DNA of 64,000 bases from Octopus sinensis (Eukaryota). A program made the position numbers and the translations under genes. The stretch spans positions 37,758,001-37,822,000 of the forward strand of contig NC_043014.1 in the NCBI RefSeq assembly GCF_006345805.1, written 5' to 3'. The notes under the pieces are model-generated. The model worked only from the letters and a program-made list of their open reading frames with translations. It made no database searches and had not been told where the DNA came from. Of the stretch, positions 23,583 to 36,946 are shown piece by piece; position 1 is the first letter of the stretch; each line of letters starts with the position of its first letter.

Positions 23583-23630
23583 GTCTCCGATGAAGGGATA
23601 TAATAAATATTTTAGAAACAGCTGTAAAAC
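23583..23630 (+). ncRNA. Degenerate hammerhead (U4C), inverted copy of the 23324 motif
   Basis: GUCU-CCGAUGA-AGGG..UUUU-A-GAAA-CAGCUGU-A/AAAC. Confidence 0.55.
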
Positions 23631-23719
23631 CTTGTATTGTATTTATAAATGTTCTAAAATCTACACAGCCTTGGTTTTTTATCTCATTAAGGAAAAAAAA
23701 TTATATATTTATATATATG

Positions 23720-23771
<52 letters not shown>

Positions 23772-24303
23772 TGTGTTTGTCCCCCAACATCGCTTGACAA
23801 CCGATGCTGGTGTGTTTACGTCCCTGTAACTTAGCAGTTCAGCAAAACAGACCGATAGAATAATTACTAGGCTTACAAAGAACAAGTCCTGGGGTGGGGG
23901 GTTGATTCATTCGACTAAAGGCAGTGCTCCATCATGGCCACAGTCAAGTGACTGAAACAAACAAAAGAATATATACACTCACACGATAATGATCAAAACA
24001 AACATGTCAAGGAAAAACCAATGAAAAGGAGAAAATTACAAAACACTCACAAACATACAATGCACTCAGTGGCTGTGTGGTAAGTAGCTTGCTTACCAGC
24101 CACATGGTTCCGGGTTCAGTCTCACTGCGTGGCACCTTGGGCAAGTGTCTTCTACTATAGCCTTGGGCTGACCAAAGCCTTGTGAGTGGATTTGGTTGAC
24201 GGAAACTGAAAGAAGCCTGTTGTATATATGTATATGTTGATTCGCTAGCTTTTGCACGCATATTTTTTTCTCTCCTTCTTTCTGTGTTTTTTTTCTCTGT
24301 GTA

Positions 24304-24341
24304 TCTTTCTGTTGAAGAGCGTAGGCTCGAAACGTTAAAGA
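24304..24341 (+). ncRNA. Minimal hammerhead variant with CUGUUGA core
   Basis: UCUUU-CUGUUGA-A-GAGC-GUAG-GCUC-GAAA-CGU-U/AAAGA. Confidence 0.6.
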
Positions 24342-24477
24342 CTTGTTTCATTTATATTTCCTGAGCGCCATACTAATACAATTGTTTGTTTGTATTCCAC
24401 CTGCCTTCGTCTTTTGTTTATTTCCGTAAACCTGCCTTTGTCTTTGTCTATTTTCATAAAGCTTACCATTATATATA

Positions 24478-24529
<52 letters not shown>

Positions 24530-25370
24530 ATGTTTGTGTCTGTGTTTGTCACCCCAACATCGCTTGATAACCAATGCTGGTGTGTTTACATCCCCGTAAC
24601 TTAGCAGTTTGGCAAAAGAGACTGATAGAATAAGTACTAGGCTTGCAAAGAATAAGTTCTGGGGTCGATGTGCTTGACTAAAGGCGGTGCTCCAGCATGG
24701 CCGCAGTCAAATGACTGAAACAAGTAAAAGAGTATACAAGTATATTTAATTCTTCCACAGTTTCATTTCTACCCTACTAATTCAAATTTCTATTTCTTGT
24801 TCTTTCTCAAGGGTTTCCTAGGAACCAAGGACAATTCTGAAGAAGAAGAAGTTTTGATTTTTTTTTCTCTTTTTGAACTTGGTTTTGGCCTTGGCAGTAG
24901 CTGTGACAAGCACCAACTTCAGCAGTGTATATATAGTTAGTGACCGAAAACTCATGATATTGCTGCTAGCAAGGAGATTTATTCAATGTGTGTTACAGCT
25001 TTTCAGTACTTTTACTATAAATATTTACATATTCACGACTGCTAAGATTGAAACATGCTCTCCCGCATCCATTCCATTCATTTAATTAAAGTTTTAGATT
25101 TGCATGTTTTCAAATTTAAAAAAAAAAAAAAGCAACAAGATAAAACAAAACAAAACAAAACAAAACAAACAAAGCAGAATTATATACTTTCATTACTTAC
25201 CTTCAAAGTATATCAAAATGAAGACCCATTTACTTGGATCATGCTCAGATTTTGGGGGCTGCATTTTTCATATTGCACAAGGAACTCCAATGACATTAGT
25301 ACTTGCTATTCACAGGCATTTCATGGTTGACAGTGGAACTTCTATTATTATAATTGTTATTATGATTATT

Positions 25371-25405
<35 letters not shown>

Positions 25406-25409
25406 TTCT

Positions 25410-25620
25410 AAGGTGGCAAGCTGGCAGAATTGTTAGCATGCCTGTTGAAATGCTTGGCAGCATTTCGTCTGTCTTTATGTTCTGAGTTCAAATTCCACCA
25501 AGGTCAACTTTGCCTTTTGCCCTTTCGGGGTCGATAAATTAAGTACCAGTTAAGCACTGAGGGTCAATGTAATTGACTTACCCAACTCCCCACAAATTTC
25601 AGGCCTTGAGCCTTTAGTAA
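25410..25620 (+). mobile_element. tRNA-derived SINE family B (representative copy)
   Basis: GGYGGYGAGCTGGCAGAA..TGAGTTCAAATTCCGCCGAGGTCGACTTTGCCTTTCATCCTTTCGGGGTCGAT; very numerous copies on both strands, e.g. 6428, 18150, 25705, 26016, 60715. Confidence 0.85.
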
Positions 25621-25650
25621 AAAGGATTATTATTATCATTATTATTGCTA

Positions 25651-25681
<31 letters not shown>

Positions 25682-26259
25682 TATTATTATTATTATCATC
25701 ATTAAAGTGGTGAACTGACAGAATCATTAGCATGCTGGGCAAAATGCTTTTCATCCGTCTATACATTCTGAATTCAAATTATGCCAATGTCGACTTTGCC
25801 TTTCATCCCTTCAGGACTGATAAAATAAGTACCAGTTGAGTACTGGGGTTGATGTAATTGACTACCCCCTCCCCCACAAATTTCAGGCCTTGTACCTATA
25901 GTAGAAAGGATTATTATTATTATTATTATTACTTTTTAAAAATTTTTATGGGCCAGTGTGGAAAATAAAAGATGATATTATTATTATTATTATTATTATT
26001 ATCATCATCATCATCAAGGTGGTGAGCAGGCAGAATTGCTAGCATGCTGGGTGAAATGCTTAGGGGTATTTCGTCTGCTGCTGCATTCCGAGTTCAAATA
26101 CCACCGAGGTTGACTTTGCCTTTCATCCTTTTGGGGTCGATAAAATAAGTACCAGTTGAACACTGGGGTCGATGTAATCGACTCATCCCCACCTCCCCCT
26201 AGCTGCCTTTGTGGCAAAAATTATTATTGTAATCCTTATTTTTATTTTTATTTTTATCA

Positions 26260-26300
<41 letters not shown>

Positions 26301-28074
26301 ACTATTACTATTATTGTTATTATTATTTAAAATAACATATGATGTATATAAATATGTCTCTGAACTTATAAAGGAAGATGATTATAATAAATTGTTGATA
26401 CCAAAGATTAAATCCCCATCAAAAAATCTGTGTTTTCATTATTCTTTCTGTTGGGGTGGCCATTATTGTTTTGATTTATATACATGCATATATACATGTA
26501 GGCATGGATTTGTGGTATGACTAAGACGTAGAGGTCATCATCATCATCATCATCATCATCGTTTAACGTCCGCTTTCCATGCTAGCATGGGTTGGACGGT
26601 TCAACTGGGGTCTGGGAAGCCCGAAGGCTGCACCAGGCCAGTCAGATCTGGCAGTGTTTCTACAGCAGGATGCTCTTCCTAACGCCAACCATTCCGTGAG
26701 TGTAGTGGGTGCTTTTTACGTGCCACCCACACGGAGGCCAGGCGAGGCTGGCAACGGCCACGATCGGATGGTGTTTGTTATGTGCCACCGGCATGGAGGC
26801 CAGTCGATGCGGAGCTGGCTACGGCCATGTTCGGATGGTTCTCTTACATGCCACTGGCACTGGTATCACAACTACAAATTCCATTGATGTTGATCGATTT
26901 CGATTTCGATTTTGATTTTCACTTGCCTCAACAGGTCTTCACAAGTAGAGTTATGTGTCCCAAGAAGGAAGGTATGCACAGGTGGACTGACTACGTCCCA
27001 GGTAGAGGCCACGGGTTATGGCTTCACTTGTCCTGCCAGGTCTTTGTTAGAGGAAAGCAAATCTAACTTCTGACATACCCCTGAAAGCAATTGTCCCTTG
27101 ATGTCATATGATCCTAGAAACAGTGAAATGCTAAAATTTTAAATTGCAGGTTACAGGCCTAAGTGAGCCTGTGTTGTTGAGTTGGACATTGAAACAACTG
27201 TTTCCTAAAACTATTTGACGTATGATTCAATGTTGTTACCAGTGTAACAGTAATATATGAATGGAAAGTTGGATTATTAGATGTGAGAAGTCTCTGTTTT
27301 TTTGTTCAGCATGTGTATATTGTTAAATGATTGCATTGGACACGACAGTCCAATGGGAAGCTACTGAAAGGTAGCAGAAGGTTCTTTTCAACAGCGGTAT
27401 GGCAGAAACGTTAGCACGCCGGGCGAAATGCTTAGCGGTATTTCATCTGCTGCTACGTTCTGAGTTCAAATTCCGCCGAGTGCAGATATGAACAGCATAT
27501 GGAAACGGTATTAAGGAAGGAAAGGAGAATATTAGATTTATAAGCCCTAAAATTCATTCCATAATTGCCCACGGGCATGTGTCGTAGTGGTTAAGAGCGT
27601 GCAGTGACCTGCATAATAATAGTAATAATAATAATAATAATAACATCGAAAAATACATTCGAAATTTCCCCAAGACACCCGTTGAAGCCGAAACGTTGAG
27701 GACAAATATCCGTCAATTGTAAATAATGTAGATGCATGAGTAATATTGAATGTATGTTGCTACGTAAGTGCAGAAAAAACAAGCAAGGAGAGAGGAGGTA
27801 TCTTGATGAACTAATTTGTACGATGAAAATAATTAAAAAGATAGCTGTTGTTAGATAGCACATTGGAAGTGTGCAGATGAGCGCAGACCTCCGCCAAGCA
27901 GCTCATTTCCACCCTGAAAATAGCCCAATTTCCCAAACCAACACCGACAAATACATAACCACAGCCATATGATTTTAAGAAAAAAAAAATACCCCTTAAA
28001 AACAGGAATCATCTGAAGCAGTTCACAACCACCAACATCATCAGCAGCATTGTTATCATGACGGTTACCTTGAC

Positions 28075-28487
28075 AGTCACTTTCACCACCACATGGATGG
28101 ATGGAAGCACTCCGTCGGTTACGACGACGAGGGTTCCGGTTGATCCGAATCAACGGAACAGCCTGCTCGTGAAATTAACGTGTAAGTGGCTGAGCACTCC
28201 ACAGACACGTGCACCCTTAACGTAGTTCTCGGGGATATTCAGCGTGACACAGAGAGTGACAAGGCCGGCCCTTTGAAATAGAGGTACAACAGAAACAGGA
28301 AGTAAGAGTGAGAGAAAGTTGTGGTGAAAGAGTACAGCAGGGATCACCACCATCCCCTGCCGGAGCCTCGTGGAGCTTTAGGTGTTTTCGCTCAATAAAC
28401 ACTCACAACGCCCGGTCTCGGAATCGAAACTGCGATCCTATGACCGCGAGTCCGCTGCCCTAACCACTGGGCCATTGCGCCTCCACT
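28075..28487 (-). mobile_element. tRNA-derived SINE family C (representative copy)
   Basis: GGAGGCGCAATGGCCCAGTGGTTAGGGCAGCGGACTCGCGG..GGTTTCGATTCC head; related copies at 29425-29720(-), 14420-14775(-) and 51493-51785(+). Confidence 0.8.
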
Positions 28488-30149
28488 TTTCACCACCACA
28501 ACCAGTATAACCACTGCAATACCACCATCACACAACTAACACTATCATCAACACCACTATTACCACCATCACCTCAGCATCATTATAAAATCGGCATTAT
28601 AACCACCGATACTATTTTAAAAGTACCAGTTTCGTACTGGGGTCGATATAATCGACTTAATCCCTTTGTCTGTCCTTGTTTCTCCCCTCTATGTTTAGCC
28701 CCTTTGTGGGCAATAAAGAAATATATTTTATCCTCCTCCCATACCTATCCCGACCATCGTCATCATCAACACTATCTCTAAACAGCAATGCTACCATTGG
28801 TTATGTGGAAACGATGTGATTTCAAGGGGGATAATCAAAGAATGTAACATTGTAATACTTCATGTAAAGTAAATATAACAAAGGAAAAATCCTTCAAGAA
28901 TCCACAAAAATTCCCGGATCACTACCAAAATTTCATCATCTGTTTCTTGTGTCATTACCAACTTTTCTTGCAAGTTTCATCAAATACTTTTTGAGTTATT
29001 TTGCACACAGACGGAGAAACCAACGCAAATGAAAACATAACCTCCTTCCTTGGCGGAGGTAAAAATGCGTATGAAAATAAAAGTAAGGAGAGAGCACGTT
29101 AATATTTGTGTTGGCATGTAATTGAAGAATGGTAAAATGTGCGTAAGCGAACAAAGCAAAGAAACAAAAGAATGTAAGTACGAAGCAAAAAGAAATAAAA
29201 ACATGCAATGCAAACAAATGAAAGAAAAATAAGGACAAATTCTCCATATATACATAGTTCGTTGTTCGGGCACAAGTGCTGAATTAGAAACTCTTAAGGA
29301 CATGAGAAAAATTTATGAGGATTCTATGAAGTTTAGATATATACGTGACTGCCTGGAAAACCGAAGCAAAAGGGTTGATTCTGTATTTCTAGGCATGAAT
29401 TATTTATTTATGCGCATTTTTCAAGCCTAGCCAGGCTCATGGGCCCGGTTTCCCCGGTTTCTGTGGCATATGTGTTCTCTCCCCCAGCTGGACGGGACGC
29501 CAGTCCATCGCAGCGTTACTCAAGAAACTGGAAGAAAGAGTGAGACAAAGTTGAGGCGAAAGAGTACAACAGGGGTCGCCACCACCTCCTGCCGGAGCCT
29601 CATGGAGGTTTAGGTGTTTTTTCGCCCAATAAGCGCACACAATACCCGGTCTGGGAATCGAAACCGCGATCCTCCGACCGCGAGTTCGCTGCCCTAACCA
29701 CTGGGCCATTGCGCCTCCAAGGCATGAATTGCAGGCTGTATATTTGCTTTCAGTAGTTTTCCGTCATTGTGGGCTTCCATTTTTGTCGGCAGAGAGAGGC
29801 TTAGGAGTGTGAAACAACTGTTTCAGCGTTGGAGTTTGCTACGATTATAGAATTGCAGTGTTTGCAATGTGAGGGCATCGGTCAGCGAATGTGTTGAATG
29901 ATTTTCGCCGGCTGAAACATTTCATATACTCTTTACTCTTTACTCTTTACTCTTTTACTTGTTTCAGTCATTTGACTGCGGCCATGCTGGAGCACCGTCT
30001 TTAGTCGATCAAATCGACCCCGGAACTTATTCTTTGTAAGCCCAGTACTTATTCTATCGGTCTCTTTTGCCGAACCGCTAATGGCGGGGACGTAGACACA
30101 CCAGCATTGGTTGTCAAGCAATGCTAGGGGGACAAACACAGACACACAA

Positions 30150-30202
<53 letters not shown>

Positions 30203-30779
30203 TACGACAGGCTTCTTTCAGTTTCCGTCTACCAAATCCACTCACAAGGCATTGGTCGGCCCGGAGCTATAGCAGAAGGCACTTGCCCAAGATGCCACGC
30301 AGTGGGACTGAACCCGCAACCATGTGGTTGGTAAGCAAGCTACTTACCACACAGCCACTCCTGCGCCTATGTATGTAGGATACTTCTTTTTTTCCCGTTG
30401 AGTTGTGAATGTAAGTTGGAAACAGTGTTGCTTCGTTTCTTCTTGCGGGTTTTCCAGTTTAGCATAAGAATAGATACAGTTCCCTAGTATAACAATGATA
30501 AACAAAAGGGAAGCTGAATGGATGAATGCGAAAAAAGTTATTTTCGATTCATCATTTGTTTATCGTTAAATGGCTGTATTGGACACGACGGTCCTAAAGG
30601 GAATAAAAGAAAAGCGAAACAAAGTTCTTTTCGAACAGTAACGTGGTTATGGCCTGGTTCTGTAGTTATGTAAGCATGAAAGAAAGAAAGAAAGAGAGAG
30701 AGAGAGGAGAGATGAGGCGGGGGGAAGACAGATAGATAGATAGTCAGAGGAAGGGAGAATGAGTGGAAATTGAGTATTG

Positions 30780-31680
30780 CGTAGCATAGTACAGCCCTAA
30801 GCTTATAGCAGTTTAAGTCGTTTGTGTTGCAAGATCCAATGTTGACAAAAGTTTAACTGACAAGTCCAGCTGCCTAACTGTTGCTGACTTGACGGTTAGT
30901 GTTCAGCTCTCTGTTCCCTTGTCTGCTCCTCTGTCTATTATCTGTCTGTCTTCAAACTTTATAACAGGGGTTGGCTGACTGCTATCAACGAGCTTGATTG
31001 ACCAGTTCAAAAGCGTTATCATCAGGTATATTCGCAAAATATAGTGCTCAACTTTTTGCTGAATTTGAAAGATCCGGTTGTTGTTAATAAAGAATTTACC
31101 TAATTGGAAAAAAATATTTTCGGGCTAAAAATTGAGGCAGAGATTTGCTACAGCTATCAGTCAGTTTCTGACCAATAACCACTAAGTTGGCGTTTGATGC
31201 AGTTGAGATGCAAATGATGTAGTCAGTAACATGGAAAGATGACTCTACGTCTTTGTAGTTGGGGTGATGTTCAGGACGAAGGGATAGGTATGACAGCAGG
31301 GGCAGGAGCAAGCAGAGGTTTCAGGTTGAGTGCGGCGGTAAGAAGCGTCGTGTCTAGTTTGCGAGTAATTGAATGTAGGAAGAAGTGGATCACTTGGTTT
31401 GACGTGTCCGAGAGTTAGAGATTTGGTTATAAAAGCGAGGGGATCTGATATGAGCCAGTGAAAAGAATTTACATCGAGGTGCGAGTGGAAGTCGCTAAGT
31501 TTGTAAAAGACAAACGTGGAGAGTGGAATTTAGTAGAAATGGAGAAGTCTGAAAAGTTGAAGGGTTAGAAGAGATGGTTAGAGGTAAATTCTAAGACAGG
31601 GTGGAAGGAATTAACGAAGGCAACAATAGAGTGTGAGCTGTCTAATGAGCATCTCATGAGATCGGTAGCACAATTAGTGA
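30780..31680 (-). mobile_element. Decayed Penelope-like element (RT C-terminus/thumb toward the GIY-YIG region)
   Basis: Fragments FVNSFHPVLEFT, HSHLDVNSFH and IPFVL..HP resemble PLE reverse transcriptase motifs; many stops and frameshifts. Confidence 0.6.
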
Positions 31681-32176
31681 GTATTATATATATATATATA
31701 TATATTAGAAATATTAAAATTACTAAGTCTCTCTAAAGGAAATTACGGCAGCGTTACTGGATATTAAGAGTCTAAAGCTGTCGCTGATTAGCTCCAAGAG
31801 GCCATCGCCTCTAGCTAGCTATATGACACACGAACCTGCGTCCATTACAACCTTCGAACAGGGGAGGTCAGCCGCCGACAGCTTTAGTCTTGTGTTTATA
31901 GACTGCCATATTAGTATGGCGATAACTATTAATATATATATATATATAAACATAATAAAATAGGGTAATAATAAATTATTATTACCAGTGGCCTATTATT
32001 ACCCTATTTTATTATGTTTAAATATTGTTTGATAAATTTGTTCGTAAATTTTTTACCGGCATCCTCTCTGTCGCCGGGTATGATTTGCGTCTGCGCAGAG
32101 GTTTGAAAAGTTAGGATTTACAAACTGATAGATCTACATGTGGATCTAACAGCCTGTGCATCAGGATTATTAAGGC

Positions 32177-32260
32177 TGTCCCACTGAAGAAACTATATAT
32201 TCGGCAAATATATATTTTTTTTGTTTGCTGGAAATAGTTAGAAACCGTCGGTCTGGGATA
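32177..32260 (+). ncRNA. Type I hammerhead ribozyme, long stem II, GUC cleavage after 32253
   Basis: UGUCCCA-CUGAAGA-AACUAU..GCAAA/UUUGC..AUAGUU-A-GAAA-CC-GUC-GG-UC/UGGGAUA; 7-bp stem I. Confidence 0.82.
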
Positions 32261-32859
32261 TAGTTGAGATGGTAAATGTTTTTAATTTTCATTCCTTTCA
32301 TGAATTTATCCCTTTTTGTGTTCTAGCACAACGCTTCCCTATTTGGAAGCCTCTAATTTTATTTATATATATATATATATATATAAGAAAGAAGGAGGCT
32401 GGAGGATTTAACATTTCGAGCAGAGCTCTTTGCCAGAAACAGAAAAAGGAAAGGTCCAAGGAAGGGAAGACGGAGAAAGAAAATCACCAACAATACACAC
32501 GCGGTCACATATTGACTCTTTTATCCTTTTACTTTTTTCAGTCATTTGAGTGCGACCATGCTGGAGCACCTCCTTCAGTCAAACAAATTGATCCCAGGAT
32601 TTACTCTTTGTAAGGCTACTTATTCTATTGTATTCTTTTTGCCGAAGCGCTAAGTGACGGGGATGTAAACACACCAACATCGGTGGTCAAGCGATGATGG
32701 GGGAACATACACAGACACCCAAACAGTTTCCGTCTACCAAATCCACTCAGAAATCTTTGGTCAGCTCGAGGCTACAGTAATAGACACTTGTCCAAGGTGC
32801 CACGTAGTAAGACTGAACCCAGAATCATGTCGTAGGGAAGCAAGCTCCTTACCACACAG

Positions 32860-32934
<75 letters not shown>

Positions 32935-33501
32935 CTAATATAATAAATGTGAATGTCAGTGTCTCAGTGTGTCACACTTTTTCAATTTTACTCCTAGAGG
33001 CCATAGTCCAACATCATACCATTTTGGAATCAGGCTGACTCTGTGAGTAAATTAAAAACATTCCAGACTGAATCCGGATCTACAATTCTGAAATTTTGAA
33101 TTCCAAAGTTTTCATTACTGTGATTGTTTTTGGTGATATTTTTACATGACTATTTGCAATAATTTTTTTGTTCAATAACAATTTTTATAATCTAAAGGCT
33201 TACTCCGTGAGTAAAAAAAAAAAGAACCGGGCCGATCTGGACCTGCAATCCTGAAATTTTAGATTCCTATGTTATATAACATAAGATTATGCTAATAAAT
33301 TTTAAATGAAAATTTTTGAGTTGGCAATTGCTATATATATCTCCATTTTCTATTAATTTTCATAAATCTGATATATACCCACGTAATTTGCAAGCTCTTC
33401 TTTGCAAATTTGGGTATTTAACAGTGGAGCCAGTGAAAGATTGGATGTTTTCATCCATATTTTCCTTGGACTATATATATAAGTGTGTGTGTGTGTGTGT
33501 G

Positions 33502-33555
<54 letters not shown>

Positions 33556-33728
33556 TATGTATCTACATACACATACACACACATATATTTACATACATAT
33601 ATATATAAGTGTGTGTGTGTGTGTATATATAAATGAATATCTATCTATGTATATAAGTGTGTGTGTGTGTGTATATATAAATGAATATCTATCTATCTAT
33701 CTATCTATCTACTTACCTACCTACCTAC

Positions 33729-33838
<110 letters not shown>

Positions 33839-34133
33839 GCTGCCTTGACTGGGCCGCTGCCAGCTTCCCCTTGGCACGTAAAAAGCACCCACTACACTCA
33901 CGGAGTGGTTGGCGTTAGGAAGAGCATCCAGCTGTAGAAGCACTGCCAGATCAGACTGGAGCCTGGTGCAGCCTCCTGGCTTCCCAGACCCTGGTCAAAC
34001 CGTCCAACCCATGTTAGCATGGAAAACAAACGTTAAACGATGATGATGATTATGATGATGATGATATATATACTTGATAGATCACTAGCCACTACACATT
34101 CTTTATTTTCTCTCCTTGTTTCTTTCCGTGTTC

Positions 34134-34170
34134 CTTTCTGTGGAAGGGCATAGGCTCGAAACGTTAAAGA
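34134..34170 (+). ncRNA. Degenerate minimal hammerhead (CUGUGGA)
   Basis: CUUU-CUGUGGA-AGGGC-AUAG-GCUC-GAAA-CGU-U/AAAG; same element family as 24304 and 46957. Confidence 0.45.
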
Positions 34171-36095
34171 CCTTTTAACTTGCTGAGCATTATATTAATA
34201 CATCTGTTTTGTGGTACCAGTGCCGGTGGCACATAAGAAAACCATCCGAACGTGGCCGTAGCCAGTACCGCATCAACTGGCCTCCGTGCTGGTGGCACGT
34301 AACAAACACCATCCGATCATGGCCGTGCCAGCCTCGCCTGGCCTCCGTGCCGGTGGCACGTAAAAAACACCATCCGAGCGTGACCGTTCGCCAGCCTTGT
34401 CTGGCACCTGTGTCCGTGGCACATAAAAAAAAAACACCATCTGAGCGTGGCCATTTGCCAGCCTCGTCTGGCACATAAAAAACACCATCCGAGCGTGGCC
34501 GTTTGCCAGCCTCGTCTGGCACCTATGTCGGTGGCACATAAAAAGCACCCACTACACTCACGGAGTGGTTGGCGTTAGGAAGAGCATCCAGCCGTAGAAA
34601 CACTGCCAGATCTGACTGGCCTGGTGCAGCCTTCGGGCTTCCCAGACCTCAGTTGAACCGTCCAACCCATGCTAGCATGGAAGGCGGACGTTAAACGATG
34701 ATGATGATCTGTTTATTGATTACACCACCTGTCTTCGTCTTTTGTTTTTTTTTTTGTGAATTCTCCCTATATATATATATATATATATATTTACAACCGG
34801 CTTTTTTCAGTTTCCATCTACCAAATCAACTCACAAATCTTTGGTCAACCTGGTACCATGAACAAAGACACCTGTCCAAGTTCCCCAGTGGTGAGACTGG
34901 ACTTGCAGCTACACTCACATACATGTAACTATTTATCATGAATGGAACAAACAATTGTCAAATTAATAAAAAAGACAACAATGACACCGTTTTTTTTATA
35001 TTAAAAAATTTTTTTATTAATGCTTCCAGATGTATATATTTTGTGTTTTATTACAAAATTTTAAAAAGAAGAAATTTGTGAAAAAAACAAAATATCTGAT
35101 AAAATTTGTTTTTGTCTATTACATATTATCATTCCCTTTTTATCTGTTGATTTACGCTTGTGCATGTGTGCATGCGTGTGTGTGTTTGTGTCTGGGTGGT
35201 GGTTTACATTGATGATAAAAAAAATCATAAAATTCTAGCAATTGGCAAAAAGTGAATGAGGGTAGGGTTATGAGATGAATAATGAATATTAATGAGATGG
35301 TGCTTTTTGGGTGGTAGTTTAGTATTTTGGAATTTACCACAAAAAAAAAGATAAATAAAAAATAGAAACAAAATAAAATTTTTTTTATAAAATAACCATA
35401 AAAAAAAAACAAATCCCTCTATGTCCCTATTCTGATATTCTTATTTTTTATTCTCTACAATGGTTTCAGTGATTGAACAATGCTGGGGGAGCCACCTATA
35501 AAGGTATTTGGTAACGTATTTATTTTATTGAATACAAGGAGGGTGAGAGTCCAAGGTAAACGAGGCAGGTTTTTCTTTTAACTTGGAAAGTACATAAACA
35601 GATATGACCAAATAGAACAAGGTGTTTTATTCAACACTGTTGATTATGATTATGTCATCCGCTGCTCTCATACCTACACACATATATACACACACATGCA
35701 TGCACACACATTTAATATATTTAATGTGTCTAATTTATTTATCTGCATAATTGCCTCTACACCCACTCAGATTGATCTCTCTTTTCACCTTTCCTTACCT
35801 TGTGGAATCGACCCCCTGTAAACACATCGGCATCTAAGTGTGCATTAGCTCCCTCCATACATCAAATTGAACAGGTGCATGGTGTACCACACATCAAGTG
35901 GTGAATTGACCACAGAACAATGGGAGATGACGGGTTTTGCTACAGAACACAATCTGGACCAGGAGCTAAAACCACAATCTTGTTATGAGTTTGTTACTCA
36001 AACCACAAATCCATGTGTCTTCACCTGCATATATATATATATATATATATAGATATATATATATATATATATATATATGTGCATATATATATATA

Positions 36096-36136
<41 letters not shown>

Positions 36137-36139
36137 TAT

Positions 36140-36470
36140 ATATGTATGTACATATATATGTATGCACATATATATACACCCATGCATACATGAATATACA
36201 TATGAATGTATGTATGAAAGAAATTATATTGTGAATAATAGGCATGTTTAAAATGAAGTTTAGTTGGACATGCCCAGACAATGAGAATAAAGGATATAGA
36301 GGTTAAAATGACTGGTCAAAATCTGAAGATTTGGGGCCCCAAAGCCAAAAGCTATCATGAAGAAAGGGTAGTACTTGAACCAGATTTGGTGAAGGTGTGA
36401 CTGATTTTGATTGGTTAGTTGACATGCAAACATACATACATACATATGCATATATATATAATATATATGC

Positions 36471-36504
<34 letters not shown>

Positions 36505-36830
36505 TATATATATGTATGTACATATATATGTATGCACATATATATACACCCATGCATACATGAATATACATATGAATGTATGTATGAAAGAAATTATATT
36601 GTGAATAATAGGCATGTTTAAAATGAAGTTTAGTTGGACATGCCCAGACAATGAGAATAAAGGATATAGAGGTTAAAATGACTGGTCAAAATCTGAAGAT
36701 TTGGGGCCCCAAAGCCAAAAGCTATCATGAAGAAAGGGTAGTACTTGAACCAGATTTGGTGAAGGTGTGACTGATTTTGATTGGTTAGTTGACATCAAAC
36801 ATACATACATACATATGCATATATATTATA
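36140..36830. repeat. Tandem duplication, 370-bp period, bounded by TA tracts
   Basis: GGCATGTTTAAAATGAAG occurs at 36241 and 36611; the two unique segments look identical by eye. Confidence 0.92.
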
Positions 36831-36915
36831 TATATATATATATATTATATATATATATATAATATATATATATATATTATATATATATAATACATACATA
36901 TATATATATACATAC

Positions 36916-36946
<31 letters not shown>

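Noticed and set aside
24812-25343. Exon-like segments at 24812-24940 and 25209-25325 (+), and a strong - strand donor near 25200
   Set aside because: Splice phases conflict, donors or acceptors are weak, and there is no recognisable domain; needs RNA-seq.
26314-26470. Faint MAM-like motif (KLLIPKIKSPSKNLCFHY)
   Set aside because: Spacing does not match the C-L-x-F-x-Y consensus and there are no convincing splice sites.
28440-28487. tRNA-like heads here and in other SINEs
   Set aside because: A/B boxes run into SINE bodies; I could not build a complete cloverleaf, so no tRNA gene is called.
34240-34520. CRISPR-like repeat/spacer appearance
   Set aside because: The units are tandem with no unique spacers, sit inside a eukaryotic SINE, and no cas genes are present.
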